64,000 nucleotides of DNA, from assembly GCA_038889075.1 (NCBI GenBank), contig JAWAHS010000002.1, forward strand, positions 298,224 through 362,223, in the 5' to 3' direction. Source of the DNA: Ignisphaera sp. (lineage in GTDB: Archaea > Thermoproteota > Thermoprotei_A > Sulfolobales > Ignisphaeraceae). The notes under the pieces are model-generated. The model made no database searches, had not been told where the DNA came from, and was given only the letters and a program-made list of their open reading frames with translations. The first letter of the stretch is position 1; every line of letters begins with the position of its first letter. Shown here piece after piece: positions 29,485 through 38,899 of this stretch. A program made the position numbers and the translations under genes.

Positions 29485-30789
29485 TTATTCAGCCAGTGGA
29501 TATCTGGAGAATACTACAACTGCTGGTACTAGGATTAGACTGCTAAAGATGAATGATATTCTGATACCTAGATCCGCTCCCGTTGTATAGCCTAGGTACT
29601 CTAGGAATATTGATGAAAGAACTCCTGCTAGACCTGCCATACTCTTTGTGACGAATCCCTGTGCCCCAAAGTATATCGCCTCCCTCCTATAGCCTGTGAT
29701 CTTTTCATCGATATCCGTTATATCTGCTATAAATGCGTTGGGGAGCATTAGTAGGGGTGTTGCAAAGAATCCGAATAGCGCTCCCATTGCTACTAGGAAT
29801 ACCACGGGCTCTACACTAACAATACCTACTAGTGAGGTTGCTATAGTCGGTATTGCAAAGAGGGCCATACCAAGCATATACACTCTCTTCTTTCCATATC
29901 TGGATGCAAGTTTTCGATACAGTGGTAGTGTTAGGATTGAGACCGCTATTAGTGGAAGGTAGACTATGGCCACATATGATGCTTCCAAGCCTGCTGAGAC
30001 TGTAACTAGGTATGGTAGGACTATCTGCACAATCGTTGTTGAGAGTACAAGCAGCGCTGTCGGAATAAGGTATACTATAAATACTCTATTTGTATATGTG
30101 ATTCTAAGTGCCCTCCATAGATCCAGTTTCTCAGCAATTTTCTCTCTAGCTATAGGCTTTTCCCTAAAGACCAGCACTATTGGAAGCATGCTTGTTGTAG
30201 CGATAATCGTCAGTACTATGGATGTATTTAGATAGCCGAGCCTACCAAGGAGCACTGGAACTGCAACACCGCCTATAACAAGCGATAGCTGGCTGAAGAG
30301 CGTCTGGTAGGCCACCAGCTTAACACGGTCACTGGAAGAGGATGCTATTTCTGGTAGTAGAGCTAGATACGGAGCAATAGCAGCTGTATAGCCAAACCAG
30401 AATATGCCCAACAATGTACTTGCATAGACGGCATTCCATAGCGAATAGCCCTGCACCAAGGGCCTCCATACAGCCACTTGACTAAAGGTCATAGCAATAA
30501 ATCCAGCAAGTATGAATGGTCTCCTCCTTCCCCACCTAGACAAAGTCCTATCACTCCAGTAGCCTATCAAAGGATCAGAGATAGCATCAATAGCACGGCC
30601 AAACAGCATGGCAGCACCCATAACAACTATAGGTGCTAGAAGAGGCAAACCACTATTTTCAGGAGGGCAGTAGTAGTATAAGAGCCATCCAACAATAAGT
30701 GAGGATCCTATACCCATCAAATTACCATATCCATATAAAAAAGCCTTTAGATTAGATATCCCCTCTCCAGACATACCCAATAACACCAC
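29485..30789 (-). CDS. MFS glycoside-pentoside-hexuronide (GPH/MelB-like) transporter
   Basis: DAISDPLIGYWSDRT.SRWGRRRP, PYLALLPE, D..DIDE..TG.RREA.YFG. Confidence 0.88.
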   Translation of the reverse strand: MVLLGMSGEGISNLKAFLYGYGNLMGIGSSLIVGWLLYYYCPPENSGLPLLAPIVVMGAAMLFGRAIDAISDPLIGYWSDRTLSRWGRRRPFILAGFIAMTFSQVAVWRPLVQGYSLWNAVYASTLLGIFWFGYTAAIAPYLALLPEIASSSSDRVKLVAYQTLFSQLSLVIGGVAVPVLLGRLGYLNTSIVLTIIATTSMLPIVLVFREKPIAREKIAEKLDLWRALRITYTNRVFIVYLIPTALLVLSTTIVQIVLPYLVTVSAGLEASYVAIVYLPLIAVSILTLPLYRKLASRYGKKRVYMLGMALFAIPTIATSLVGIVSVEPVVFLVAMGALFGFFATPLLMLPNAFIADITDIDEKITGYRREAIYFGAQGFVTKSMAGLAGVLSSIFLEYLGYTTGADLGIRISFIFSSLILVPAVVVFSRYPLAE

Positions 30790-31338
30790 AGAGCAGTAAA
30801 AATAAATAGCTCTATATATAGGTTCATCGTTCTATCACACTAAATCTATCCAGCATCGCATCCATGGTCATGGAATACGGTTAGGCTTCCAACAGTTCTA
30901 TAAAATACAATTTGTACTAATATATCAACCATACCGATGGGCGGAGAACAAGAAATGAGAGGATGGACATGTTTACAATTATTCGCAGATAACTACAGAT
31001 AATAATCGGATCTGAACACTATCTAGTGGTGTAATCTATTACAAGAGCAGTCAGTTGTAGAAGGGGTAAACATGCTGAACGGAGTTTTTAGAATTGCATT
31101 ATTTGCTTAACTAACTCTATGGAGAATCGCAACATAATCATTAATGAATCAAGCGAAATGATGACGTGCATTAAATGAGGGATGAAGGGGTGTAGAAGAC
31201 ACTATTAATGCGATTTATAAGAAGCAAGGAAGCTGTGCAATACTATATAAAGAGAGCCATTCTTAAAGATCGCCAGCTCAAAAATGTAAAAGCTATATAC
31301 AATAGAAAAATAGTGATTGTGCAGACCACAGTACGATA

Positions 31339-31358
31339 ATAGTCATTATAGTGACTAT
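31339..31358. promoter_or_regulatory. Near-perfect palindrome (putative operator) upstream of the ABC-operon TATA box
   Basis: ATAGTCATTATAGTGACTAT; TTTATAAA at ~31390-31397. Confidence 0.4.
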
Positions 31359-31473
31359 GTTACCGTAGCTACCATGAAGATACAGCAAAATTTATAAAGT
31401 AGCATCATCTTTTATAACTAAAGATTAAAGAATTATGGTAGAGAAATTCCTAAAACATTAGAAAGGTGGTTGG

Positions 31474-32529
31474 ATGGCCGACGTAAGTCGGCAGTCAAGG
31501 TCTAGAATCCTAAGCTTTACGGCTGCACCACTGATACAAAACTTGATTGAAAGGTTAATCCTTATGATTTTTACCATATGGACTGGGTTATCTATAGCAT
31601 TCCTTGTAACCAGACTAAGTCCTCGAAATCCTGCAGAACAAGTTCTTTCAAGGCTTCAAGGTGCAGGCATTTTTATGAGACCTGAAGAGATAGAGGCTAT
31701 GAGAAGAACAATAATGGGGCTTTTCGGTCTAGATAAACCTCTATGGGAACAGTATTTTACGTTTCTACAATCGGTTTTTTCATTTAGATTCGGGCCATCG
31801 CTTTTGAACTTCCCCGTCTCTGCAAACGATATCATATCTACCTATATGCCATGGACAATATTCTTGATGTTAACAGCTACTATAATATCGTGGATTATCG
31901 GCGTTGTTACTGGAATAGTAATGGGTATATGGGAGCATAGAAGGGGTGTAAAACTACTTGAATACGTATTTATTACAGTGTTTCCTCTACCCTATGTAGT
32001 TCTAGCCATAGCATTCCTAATTATTTTCGTAGGGATACTGAGGGTATACATAGGTGTAACAATCATTCCGAAATTTGCATTTACCTTAGAGACTCTATCG
32101 GCAATGTTTTCACGAGCTTGGCTACCAGCCCTCTCCATAATAGTGTTGTCAAGCGTTAACTGGGCTATGGGATCGCTAGCTCTAGCTAGGACAGCCAAGA
32201 GAGAGCCACATGTATTCTATGCCATGGTAAGGGGAATACCGACAAATCTTCTACTTAGACGTTACGTTGGAAAGAATGTACTAATACTTCAAATAACAGC
32301 TCTAGCCCTAAGTCTAGGGAATATATTTGGTGGAGCCTTGGTTACGGAATACATCTTTAACTACCCTGGCCTGGGTACGCTATTATATCAATCCATCGTT
32401 ACAAACGATTTTAATACAATGCTAGGGATAACAACATATTCAATACTTGGTGTAACCATGGCCTCGTTTATAATCGATATGGTGTATCCAATTATAGATC
32501 CTAGAGTAAGATATGGTGGGGGTGAATAG
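31474..32529 (+). CDS. Opp/Dpp-family ABC transporter permease (DppB-like)
   Basis: FGLDKPLWEQY, GALVTEYIFNYPGLG, IDPRVR. Confidence 0.9.
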   Translation: MADVSRQSRSRILSFTAAPLIQNLIERLILMIFTIWTGLSIAFLVTRLSPRNPAEQVLSRLQGAGIFMRPEEIEAMRRTIMGLFGLDKPLWEQYFTFLQSVFSFRFGPSLLNFPVSANDIISTYMPWTIFLMLTATIISWIIGVVTGIVMGIWEHRRGVKLLEYVFITVFPLPYVVLAIAFLIIFVGILRVYIGVTIIPKFAFTLETLSAMFSRAWLPALSIIVLSSVNWAMGSLALARTAKREPHVFYAMVRGIPTNLLLRRYVGKNVLILQITALALSLGNIFGGALVTEYIFNYPGLGTLLYQSIVTNDFNTMLGITTYSILGVTMASFIIDMVYPIIDPRVRYGGGE

Positions 32530-32530
32530 C

Positions 32531-33352
32531 ATGGCTAGGTATCTAGATCTAAAGATTTCCCTAGCAATAATTGTTGCATTGATAATATTTAGCATAGTAA
32601 TACCCCAAATAACACCCTATGATCCTAGATCTTGGAATGTCGTTCCACGTGATAGACCTCCATCGCTTCGATATCCCTTTGGTACAACCAGTACTGGACA
32701 GGATGTCCTTGTATTATCAGCATGGGCATTGAGAAACTCTCTAATTTTAGGCTCAATAGCTGCTGCACTACTAGTATCAATAGCATTTACCATAGGGAGC
32801 ATTGCAGGTGGCACTAGAAATACTGTTATAAGAGGTCTGCTAACATATCTTATAGACAGCTTCTGTGTAATACCGTTTCTACCGATCTTGATTATGATAG
32901 GGTCTCTCTGGCGTGAGACTCTAGGTATTATAGGCACAGCGCTTGTGATTGCCCTTCTTGGATGGGGAGGACAGGCAAGGAATGTGAGATCGGTTATCAT
33001 GGGTCTAAGAGAGAGAACCTTTACCTATACAGCAATATTTTCAGGATATGGAACACTTAAACTCATATACAGATCGTACCTTCCTTACATAGTAAGATGG
33101 CTCTCAATAGCATTTCTATTTGGTATAATATTTTGCATAGGTTTAGAGACCACACTCTCTGTATTTGGTATAACATCTCTTGAAAACCCGACAATAGGAA
33201 CAATGATTTTCTGGACAAGGGAGTATCAAGCATATTTAAGAGGATTATGGTGGTGGTACACCTTTCCACTTGTACTCTTTATAGCATTTCTAGTGGCAAT
33301 GTATATTGTGGTTCGTAGGCTAATTACAATATTCATTGAAGGCATAAGGTGA
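32531..33352 (+). CDS. Opp/Dpp-family ABC transporter permease (DppC-like)
   Basis: PPS...PFGT...GQDV, WWW..FP; ATG at 32531 follows GGGGTG RBS. Confidence 0.88.
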   Translation: MARYLDLKISLAIIVALIIFSIVIPQITPYDPRSWNVVPRDRPPSLRYPFGTTSTGQDVLVLSAWALRNSLILGSIAAALLVSIAFTIGSIAGGTRNTVIRGLLTYLIDSFCVIPFLPILIMIGSLWRETLGIIGTALVIALLGWGGQARNVRSVIMGLRERTFTYTAIFSGYGTLKLIYRSYLPYIVRWLSIAFLFGIIFCIGLETTLSVFGITSLENPTIGTMIFWTREYQAYLRGLWWWYTFPLVLFIAFLVAMYIVVRRLITIFIEGIR

Positions 33353-34338
33353 GCACAATGGACGGAGATACCGTTCTGTATGTAGATAATGTTAGGGCAG
33401 GATACTTTGTAGGGAGAAGATTTGTAGATGCCGTAAGTGGTGTAAATCTGAAGCTATTCTATGGTGAAGTATTTGGATTGGCAGGGGAATCTGGCTGTGG
33501 AAAGTCAACATTACTTAGGATCATATATGGCTATATCGAACCTCCACTAAGAAGAATAGGAGGTTCCATAATCCTAAGATCAAAGACTGAGGAATTCAAC
33601 CTACATGAATTCAATATGGATGAGCTTAAGAAGAGGATATGGTGGAGGTATATAACATGGATTCCCCAAGGGGCTATGAATGTTCTTAATCCAACTATAA
33701 GAATACGTGACCACTTTATTGAGATGTTCAGACTGTATTCTAATATCGATAAGGGAGAGGCATACAAACTTACAGTTGAGTATTTAGAAACCTTAGGGCT
33801 ATCTAGAGAGGTTGTAGATGCTTATCCTACACAGCTTAGTGGTGGTATGAGGCAGAGGGTGGTTATAGCGTTAGCTTTGTTATTCAATCCTCTCCTAGTT
33901 CTTGCAGATGAGCCTACCTCCGCTCTTGATGTCGTTACCCAAAAAGTGTTATTGGAGCAGCTATTGAAACTTCAAAAGGAACGCAACTTTACACTTGTTC
34001 TAGTATCACACGATATGGATGTTCATGGAGTTCTCACTGATAGAATTGGTATAATGTATGCAGGTAAAATTGTTGAGGTAGGTTCAACAGATAAGGTATT
34101 TCAGGAGCCGCTACACCCATATACAAAGGCATTAATAGAGGCTTTACCAAGATTAGGTGACAAAATTGCGAGAAAGGGATTATCTGGTGCTCCACCAGAT
34201 TTATCTAATCCTCCACCCGGCTGTAGATTCCATCCACGATGCCCCTATGCAATGGATATGTGTAGGAGGGAGGAACCTCCGATGATGGAAATTGAAAGAA
34301 GTAGAGTTGTTTCATGTTGGCTGTATATAAAGAGGTGA
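33349..34338 (+). CDS. ABC transporter ATP-binding protein (DppD-like)
   Basis: GESGCGKS, LSGGMRQR, DEPT, HPYT, GCRFHPRC. Confidence 0.93.
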   Translation: MSTMDGDTVLYVDNVRAGYFVGRRFVDAVSGVNLKLFYGEVFGLAGESGCGKSTLLRIIYGYIEPPLRRIGGSIILRSKTEEFNLHEFNMDELKKRIWWRYITWIPQGAMNVLNPTIRIRDHFIEMFRLYSNIDKGEAYKLTVEYLETLGLSREVVDAYPTQLSGGMRQRVVIALALLFNPLLVLADEPTSALDVVTQKVLLEQLLKLQKERNFTLVLVSHDMDVHGVLTDRIGIMYAGKIVEVGSTDKVFQEPLHPYTKALIEALPRLGDKIARKGLSGAPPDLSNPPPGCRFHPRCPYAMDMCRREEPPMMEIERSRVVSCWLYIKR

Positions 34339-34344
34339 AGTCCA

Positions 34345-35328
34345 TTGGATGCCCCTCTCATAGAATTGATTGATGTAAGTAAGTATTTTGGCTATGGTAT
34401 AATAGGTTTAACAAGATTTCCGGCCGTGGATGGAGTCAGTCTAACAATAAGTAGTGAAAAACCTGAAGTACTGACATTGGTAGGGGAGTCCGGTTGTGGA
34501 AAGTCTACACTTGCTAAAATAATATTGAGAATCCTTCGACCAACCAGTGGAATTGCTAAGTATATGGGAAAGAATATGTGGAAGTTAAGTAGATCTGAGG
34601 TAAAGAGGTTTATAAGAGATGTTCAGCCGATATTCCAGGATCCTATGGATACCTTTAACCTATTTGAATCAGTTGAAGGGTATCTTATAAATGCAGCAAA
34701 ATCTCTGCTAAAGCTTGATAGGGAAGAGGCTATCGAGAAAATTTCACAGGTTTTAGAGTTTGTTGGACTCACCTTTGATAAGGTTAGGGGAAAGAGGCCG
34801 CAGGAGTTTTCAGGTGGTGAGCTACAGAGAGTATCGATAGCTAGGGCTCTACTTGTGCAACCAAAACTACTTATTGCTGACGAGCCTGTTTCCATGCTAG
34901 ATGCATCACTTAGGATAAACATACTAAACTTTCTCCGTAGGGCAAAGGAAGAACTTGGAATATCAATACTGTATATAACACACGATCTTGCAACAGCAAA
35001 CTATATTGGAGAGAAAATATTTGTTATGTATCGAGGAAGTATAGTGGAACACGGCGATATAGAGAAGGTTATTAATGAGCCACTACATCCATATACCAAG
35101 GTACTTCTCGAATCACTACCAGATTATAGAAAGGGAAAGGAGTGGTTTAAGAAACAGTTACCTCAAACACTACGTAGTGTAGTAGAAGTGCGTGAAATGC
35201 TCCTAAAAGGATGCAAATACATTTACTACTGTCCATTCAAATCACAGCAATGCTACGAAAAACCTATAATGATAGAAGTTGGAAAAGAACATGAAGTAGC
35301 ATGCTGGATGTATTCTAAAAAAGAATAG
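34345..35328 (+). CDS. ABC transporter ATP-binding protein (DppF-like)
   Basis: GESGCGKS, FSGGELQR, DEPVSMLD, HPYT. Confidence 0.93.
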   Translation: MDAPLIELIDVSKYFGYGIIGLTRFPAVDGVSLTISSEKPEVLTLVGESGCGKSTLAKIILRILRPTSGIAKYMGKNMWKLSRSEVKRFIRDVQPIFQDPMDTFNLFESVEGYLINAAKSLLKLDREEAIEKISQVLEFVGLTFDKVRGKRPQEFSGGELQRVSIARALLVQPKLLIADEPVSMLDASLRINILNFLRRAKEELGISILYITHDLATANYIGEKIFVMYRGSIVEHGDIEKVINEPLHPYTKVLLESLPDYRKGKEWFKKQLPQTLRSVVEVREMLLKGCKYIYYCPFKSQQCYEKPIMIEVGKEHEVACWMYSKKE

Positions 35329-35886
35329 AGTATGGGATGCGCATACCCTCATCTCTCATACCTCATAGAATTACTGTAGTAGAGGAAAAGCTGGGTTGCG
35401 CATAGATTTCACAACAATGATACCAATATCTAGCAGTGCCGTTTGTCCTTAGATGCTCACTTTCATCGTTTATTTTCATTTGTATCTGGGGTCTCTACCC
35501 TAACAGGAACCTTAATATCTCTGTGGATCTATGGATAATTGTTGGACCTAACGGCAGGAATTCCAACCTAGGTTTAGCCCTAGTTCTAGGCACCACATCC
35601 ATCACTTAGGATACCAAACAATATAAAAACTACATAATCTATAGAATCTTCTCCTAAAATCACTAGCAAAGAAAGTACCTCTGTTTTATAACATTTTAGT
35701 TATAGAGTAGACTCTAGTTGTTATTACACCGATATACATTTTTATTAAAAATAGAGAAATACTTTATGGTATATTTAGAAAACTGCTACACAAAGCTCTT
35801 TCTACCATATATTGGCTATTTTAGTTTTTATAGTCTGGTTTAAAAGTTAGAAAAACTTATATACTTATACCTATGCATATACTAGA

Positions 35887-38211
35887 ATGGGGTGGTTTAA
35901 TAGAATGGGAAACATTATTGGCAAGATAGTCACGGTAATAATACTAGCAACGCTACTAATGTCAGCTCTAGGTTTTCAGATTAGTGTGTACGAGATATAT
36001 GCGCAGTTGCCTTTGCCTCCTGGTATTAGGAGGGAGGATGTGTTTGTTTTGGATCTTGTTACTGGGAAGCCTGGTACTCCTTCGAATTTCAATGCTTGGA
36101 GGGCTGGTGCTGATGTTGGCATTCTTGTTGCTGGTATGAATCAGCTGTGTACAGCATCTCTATGGTATGTAGATACAGCTACTGGTGAGGTTATAAATGG
36201 TATAGCTGCTGCTCCACCAGAACCAAATCAAGACTTTACAGTATGGAGATTTAAAATTAGACAGGGTATATACTGGAGCGATGGTGTAGAAATAACAGCA
36301 GAAGACCTAGTATATACACTCAAAGCCGGTCTAGCAGATAGCGGCCTCGGCTTCCACTCCTGGGCAAACGTATGGATAAAAGACACTAGAACAGAAGACA
36401 AATACACCATCGTAGTTGAGCTCAAGAAATCAAATCCACACTGGTGGTCAGCATTCCTCGTACAGACATTTGCATCAACTGTTAGGGTTATGCCTAGGCA
36501 TGTGTTTGAGAGAGCTGGTGTTGATCCTAGTAAGTATGATTTTAATCCACCTGTTTGTGCAGCTATGTACACCCTTCAATCCTTTGACCCTACTGGATAC
36601 TGGTACCTCTGGAAGATTAGAGATGATTGGAAGAAATCCTTTGTATACCAAATCTACAAGGAGTATTGGGGTATAGATTTAGAGTATCCAGGGCCGAAGT
36701 ATATAATGTTTGTAGACTTTGGACCACCAGAAAATAAAGTATATGCAATGTCTAGAGGAGATCTAGATATGATAATGGAACTATCACCAGAAACATTCGA
36801 GAGTTTGATAGCTGGTTGTAAGACTTGTAGGGGTTATGCTAGGGAGTTTCCATATGCATGGATGCACGAACCAGCCACAAGGCATTTGAGATTCAATTTA
36901 GAGAAGTATCCATATAATTTAACTGAGGTTAGATGGGCTTTAGCTTTAGCAACAAATATGACAGAAGTAGCAATAACAGGATTCAACGGCATACTACACC
37001 TAGCACCCCTTGGACTACCCGCAGGTCCCATTGAGAATAAGTATTATTTTGAGGCTGGGCTCTATAACTGGTTGTTGAACTATGAGATTACATTACCTGA
37101 TGGATCTAGGTTTAAGCCTTTTGATCCCAATATACCGTTTAGGATTGTTGATTGGGCAATCTCGCAAGGTTATCTAAAGGAGAAGCCGTCGAGGGAGTAT
37201 ATAATATGGACTTGGGGTGTTGGTTGGTGGAAGTATGCTCCTGATGTTGCTGAGAAGTTGTTGAAGAGTGTTGGCTTTACCAGAGGTCCTGATGGTAGGT
37301 GGAGGCTTCCGGATGGAACTCTATGGAGGATTGAGATATATACAACTACCTATGAGATTGATGTATATAGAACAGCATTTCCATTAGCTGATCAGTGGAG
37401 AAAGTTTGGAATAGAAGCAACAGTAACTGCTGTAGAGCAAGCAACATTCTATGACGCATGGAATAGAGCAACATTTGAAGATGTATTCACCGGATGGGGA
37501 GGACCAGTACAGCTTGGCGTACTGTTACCAGGTCTTGCACCAATAGGATTCGAAGCAAGTCATTCAAGATACTGGAAACCACGTGGAGAATTCTCGACTA
37601 ATCTTCTTAGACTAAGGGATCCCTATCTTGATAGGCTTATTGATGAGGCTATGGCTACTCCTGCTTGGGATCCGAAGATGATTGAGATTGGTAGTGAGAT
37701 GGTTAGGTATGTATATGTTGAGAAGATGTATGCTATTGGTACTATTATGATTAAGAAGTTTACTCCTCGTAGTGAGCTTTACTGGCATAACTATCCATCT
37801 GCTGAAAATCCGTATTGGATACCGTATTTCTGGGGTATGAATTTTGCACTAGCACTACCAAGAATAGTACCAAAAACAATGACACCACCAACACCAAAAC
37901 CAACACCATCTCCCACCCCTACCCCGACTCCAACGCCAACACCTACTCCTTCGCCTACCCCAACGCCTACACCTACCCCGACTCCAAAGCCTACTCCCAC
38001 ACCTACTCCTGTGCCTGGTGCTGTAACAGTTACCGTTACTAGAACAGAAACGGCAACAGTAACATCAACAGCTGTAGTAACATCTACAGCAGTATCAACA
38101 ACAACAGCAACAAAAACAGAGACAGTAACAGAATGGACAACAACAACAGCACTAGCAATAGCACTACTAATAATAGGAATAGCAATAGGATGGTTTATAA
38201 AAAGAAAATAG
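35887..38211 (+). CDS. Family-5 extracellular solute-binding protein (probably oligosaccharide) with Pro/Thr linker and C-terminal TM anchor
   Basis: Signal peptide, WSDGVEITAED, VRWAL, (PT)n linker, Thr-rich stalk, TM + KRK. Confidence 0.9.
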   Translation: MGWFNRMGNIIGKIVTVIILATLLMSALGFQISVYEIYAQLPLPPGIRREDVFVLDLVTGKPGTPSNFNAWRAGADVGILVAGMNQLCTASLWYVDTATGEVINGIAAAPPEPNQDFTVWRFKIRQGIYWSDGVEITAEDLVYTLKAGLADSGLGFHSWANVWIKDTRTEDKYTIVVELKKSNPHWWSAFLVQTFASTVRVMPRHVFERAGVDPSKYDFNPPVCAAMYTLQSFDPTGYWYLWKIRDDWKKSFVYQIYKEYWGIDLEYPGPKYIMFVDFGPPENKVYAMSRGDLDMIMELSPETFESLIAGCKTCRGYAREFPYAWMHEPATRHLRFNLEKYPYNLTEVRWALALATNMTEVAITGFNGILHLAPLGLPAGPIENKYYFEAGLYNWLLNYEITLPDGSRFKPFDPNIPFRIVDWAISQGYLKEKPSREYIIWTWGVGWWKYAPDVAEKLLKSVGFTRGPDGRWRLPDGTLWRIEIYTTTYEIDVYRTAFPLADQWRKFGIEATVTAVEQATFYDAWNRATFEDVFTGWGGPVQLGVLLPGLAPIGFEASHSRYWKPRGEFSTNLLRLRDPYLDRLIDEAMATPAWDPKMIEIGSEMVRYVYVEKMYAIGTIMIKKFTPRSELYWHNYPSAENPYWIPYFWGMNFALALPRIVPKTMTPPTPKPTPSPTPTPTPTPTPTPSPTPTPTPTPTPKPTPTPTPVPGAVTVTVTRTETATVTSTAVVTSTAVSTTTATKTETVTEWTTTTALAIALLIIGIAIGWFIKRK
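37882..38010 (+). repeat. Coding (Pro-Thr)n low-complexity linker
   Basis: TPPTPKPTPSPTPTPTPT... with diversified synonymous codons. Confidence 0.9.
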
Positions 38212-38362
38212 AATAGAAACATTTAACAAAAACATTTTTTAAACCTTATTACATGGATTCCACAACTTCCTACCTCTTAAGCTGAAAGTGTATAATGTTC
38301 TCTAAAATTTAATGCATCGCCTTCTATATGTTGGTTAATTTGGTGTAGTATTCAATTGGTGG

Positions 38363-38680
38363 GTGTCTATGCATAGATGTCAAAGCTATAGAATGGATGT
38401 GTTTACCGAGTATGAAGAGGAGTATACATGGGGTATAGCACTGTATATTGAGGTCTCCATTGACCATAGTGTGAATAGCGTTACTGTGTGCCAGCATCCA
38501 ACACTTACAGTTGTGCAGGATTTGAAGCAGTTTGCCAGATCTATTTCTGGGATTAGAGGTGACGAATTTACTGTTGCCGAAGATATTGCTGAGATGCTTG
38601 ATTCTGTGTTTTCTGATTGGAGGAAGGATTTTGAGGTTGTACTTCGAAGAGGATCTGTACTAATCATCGTATATCTCTAG
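38363..38680 (+). CDS. Hypothetical protein
   Basis: 105-aa ORF with GGTGG RBS. Confidence 0.55.
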   Translation: MSMHRCQSYRMDVFTEYEEEYTWGIALYIEVSIDHSVNSVTVCQHPTLTVVQDLKQFARSISGIRGDEFTVAEDIAEMLDSVFSDWRKDFEVVLRRGSVLIIVYL

Positions 38681-38721
38681 CGTAGTAGTAGGCCTTCTAG
38701 GGTAGGATCTGTTTTTATTTT

Positions 38722-38828
38722 GCTAACCTCCTCCCCGCCCTGAAGAGCGAGGTTCCTCCGTGGATTTGGAGCTACATCTCCTCTTATTCGTGGGGTTCAG
38801 CCCTATGCTCGGTCTCGGGCGGGTTACA
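38722..38828 (-). mobile_element. IS200/IS605 right-end remnant with tnpB 3' tail / omegaRNA-like region
   Basis: Minus strand: tgtaacccgcccgagaccgag...ggaacctcgctcttcagggcggggaggaggttag; GC-rich terminal hairpin. Confidence 0.6.
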
Positions 38829-38899
38829 ACAACATCAGTAGTAACATCAACAGCTGTAAAAACTTTTAGAGTAGTACCGTATACTATTGATACAGGGGA

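Noticed and set aside
31158-31205. ATGATGA...ATGA...GATGAA as a C/D sRNA
   Set aside because: No terminal box D at a suitable distance
35505-35565. IIVGPNG resembling an ABC Walker A remnant
   Set aside because: Too short to distinguish from chance
37882-38010. Tandem repeat as possible CRISPR array or VNTR
   Set aside because: It is a coding Pro-Thr linker with varied codons and has no repeat-spacer structure; no CRISPR array was seen anywhere in the window
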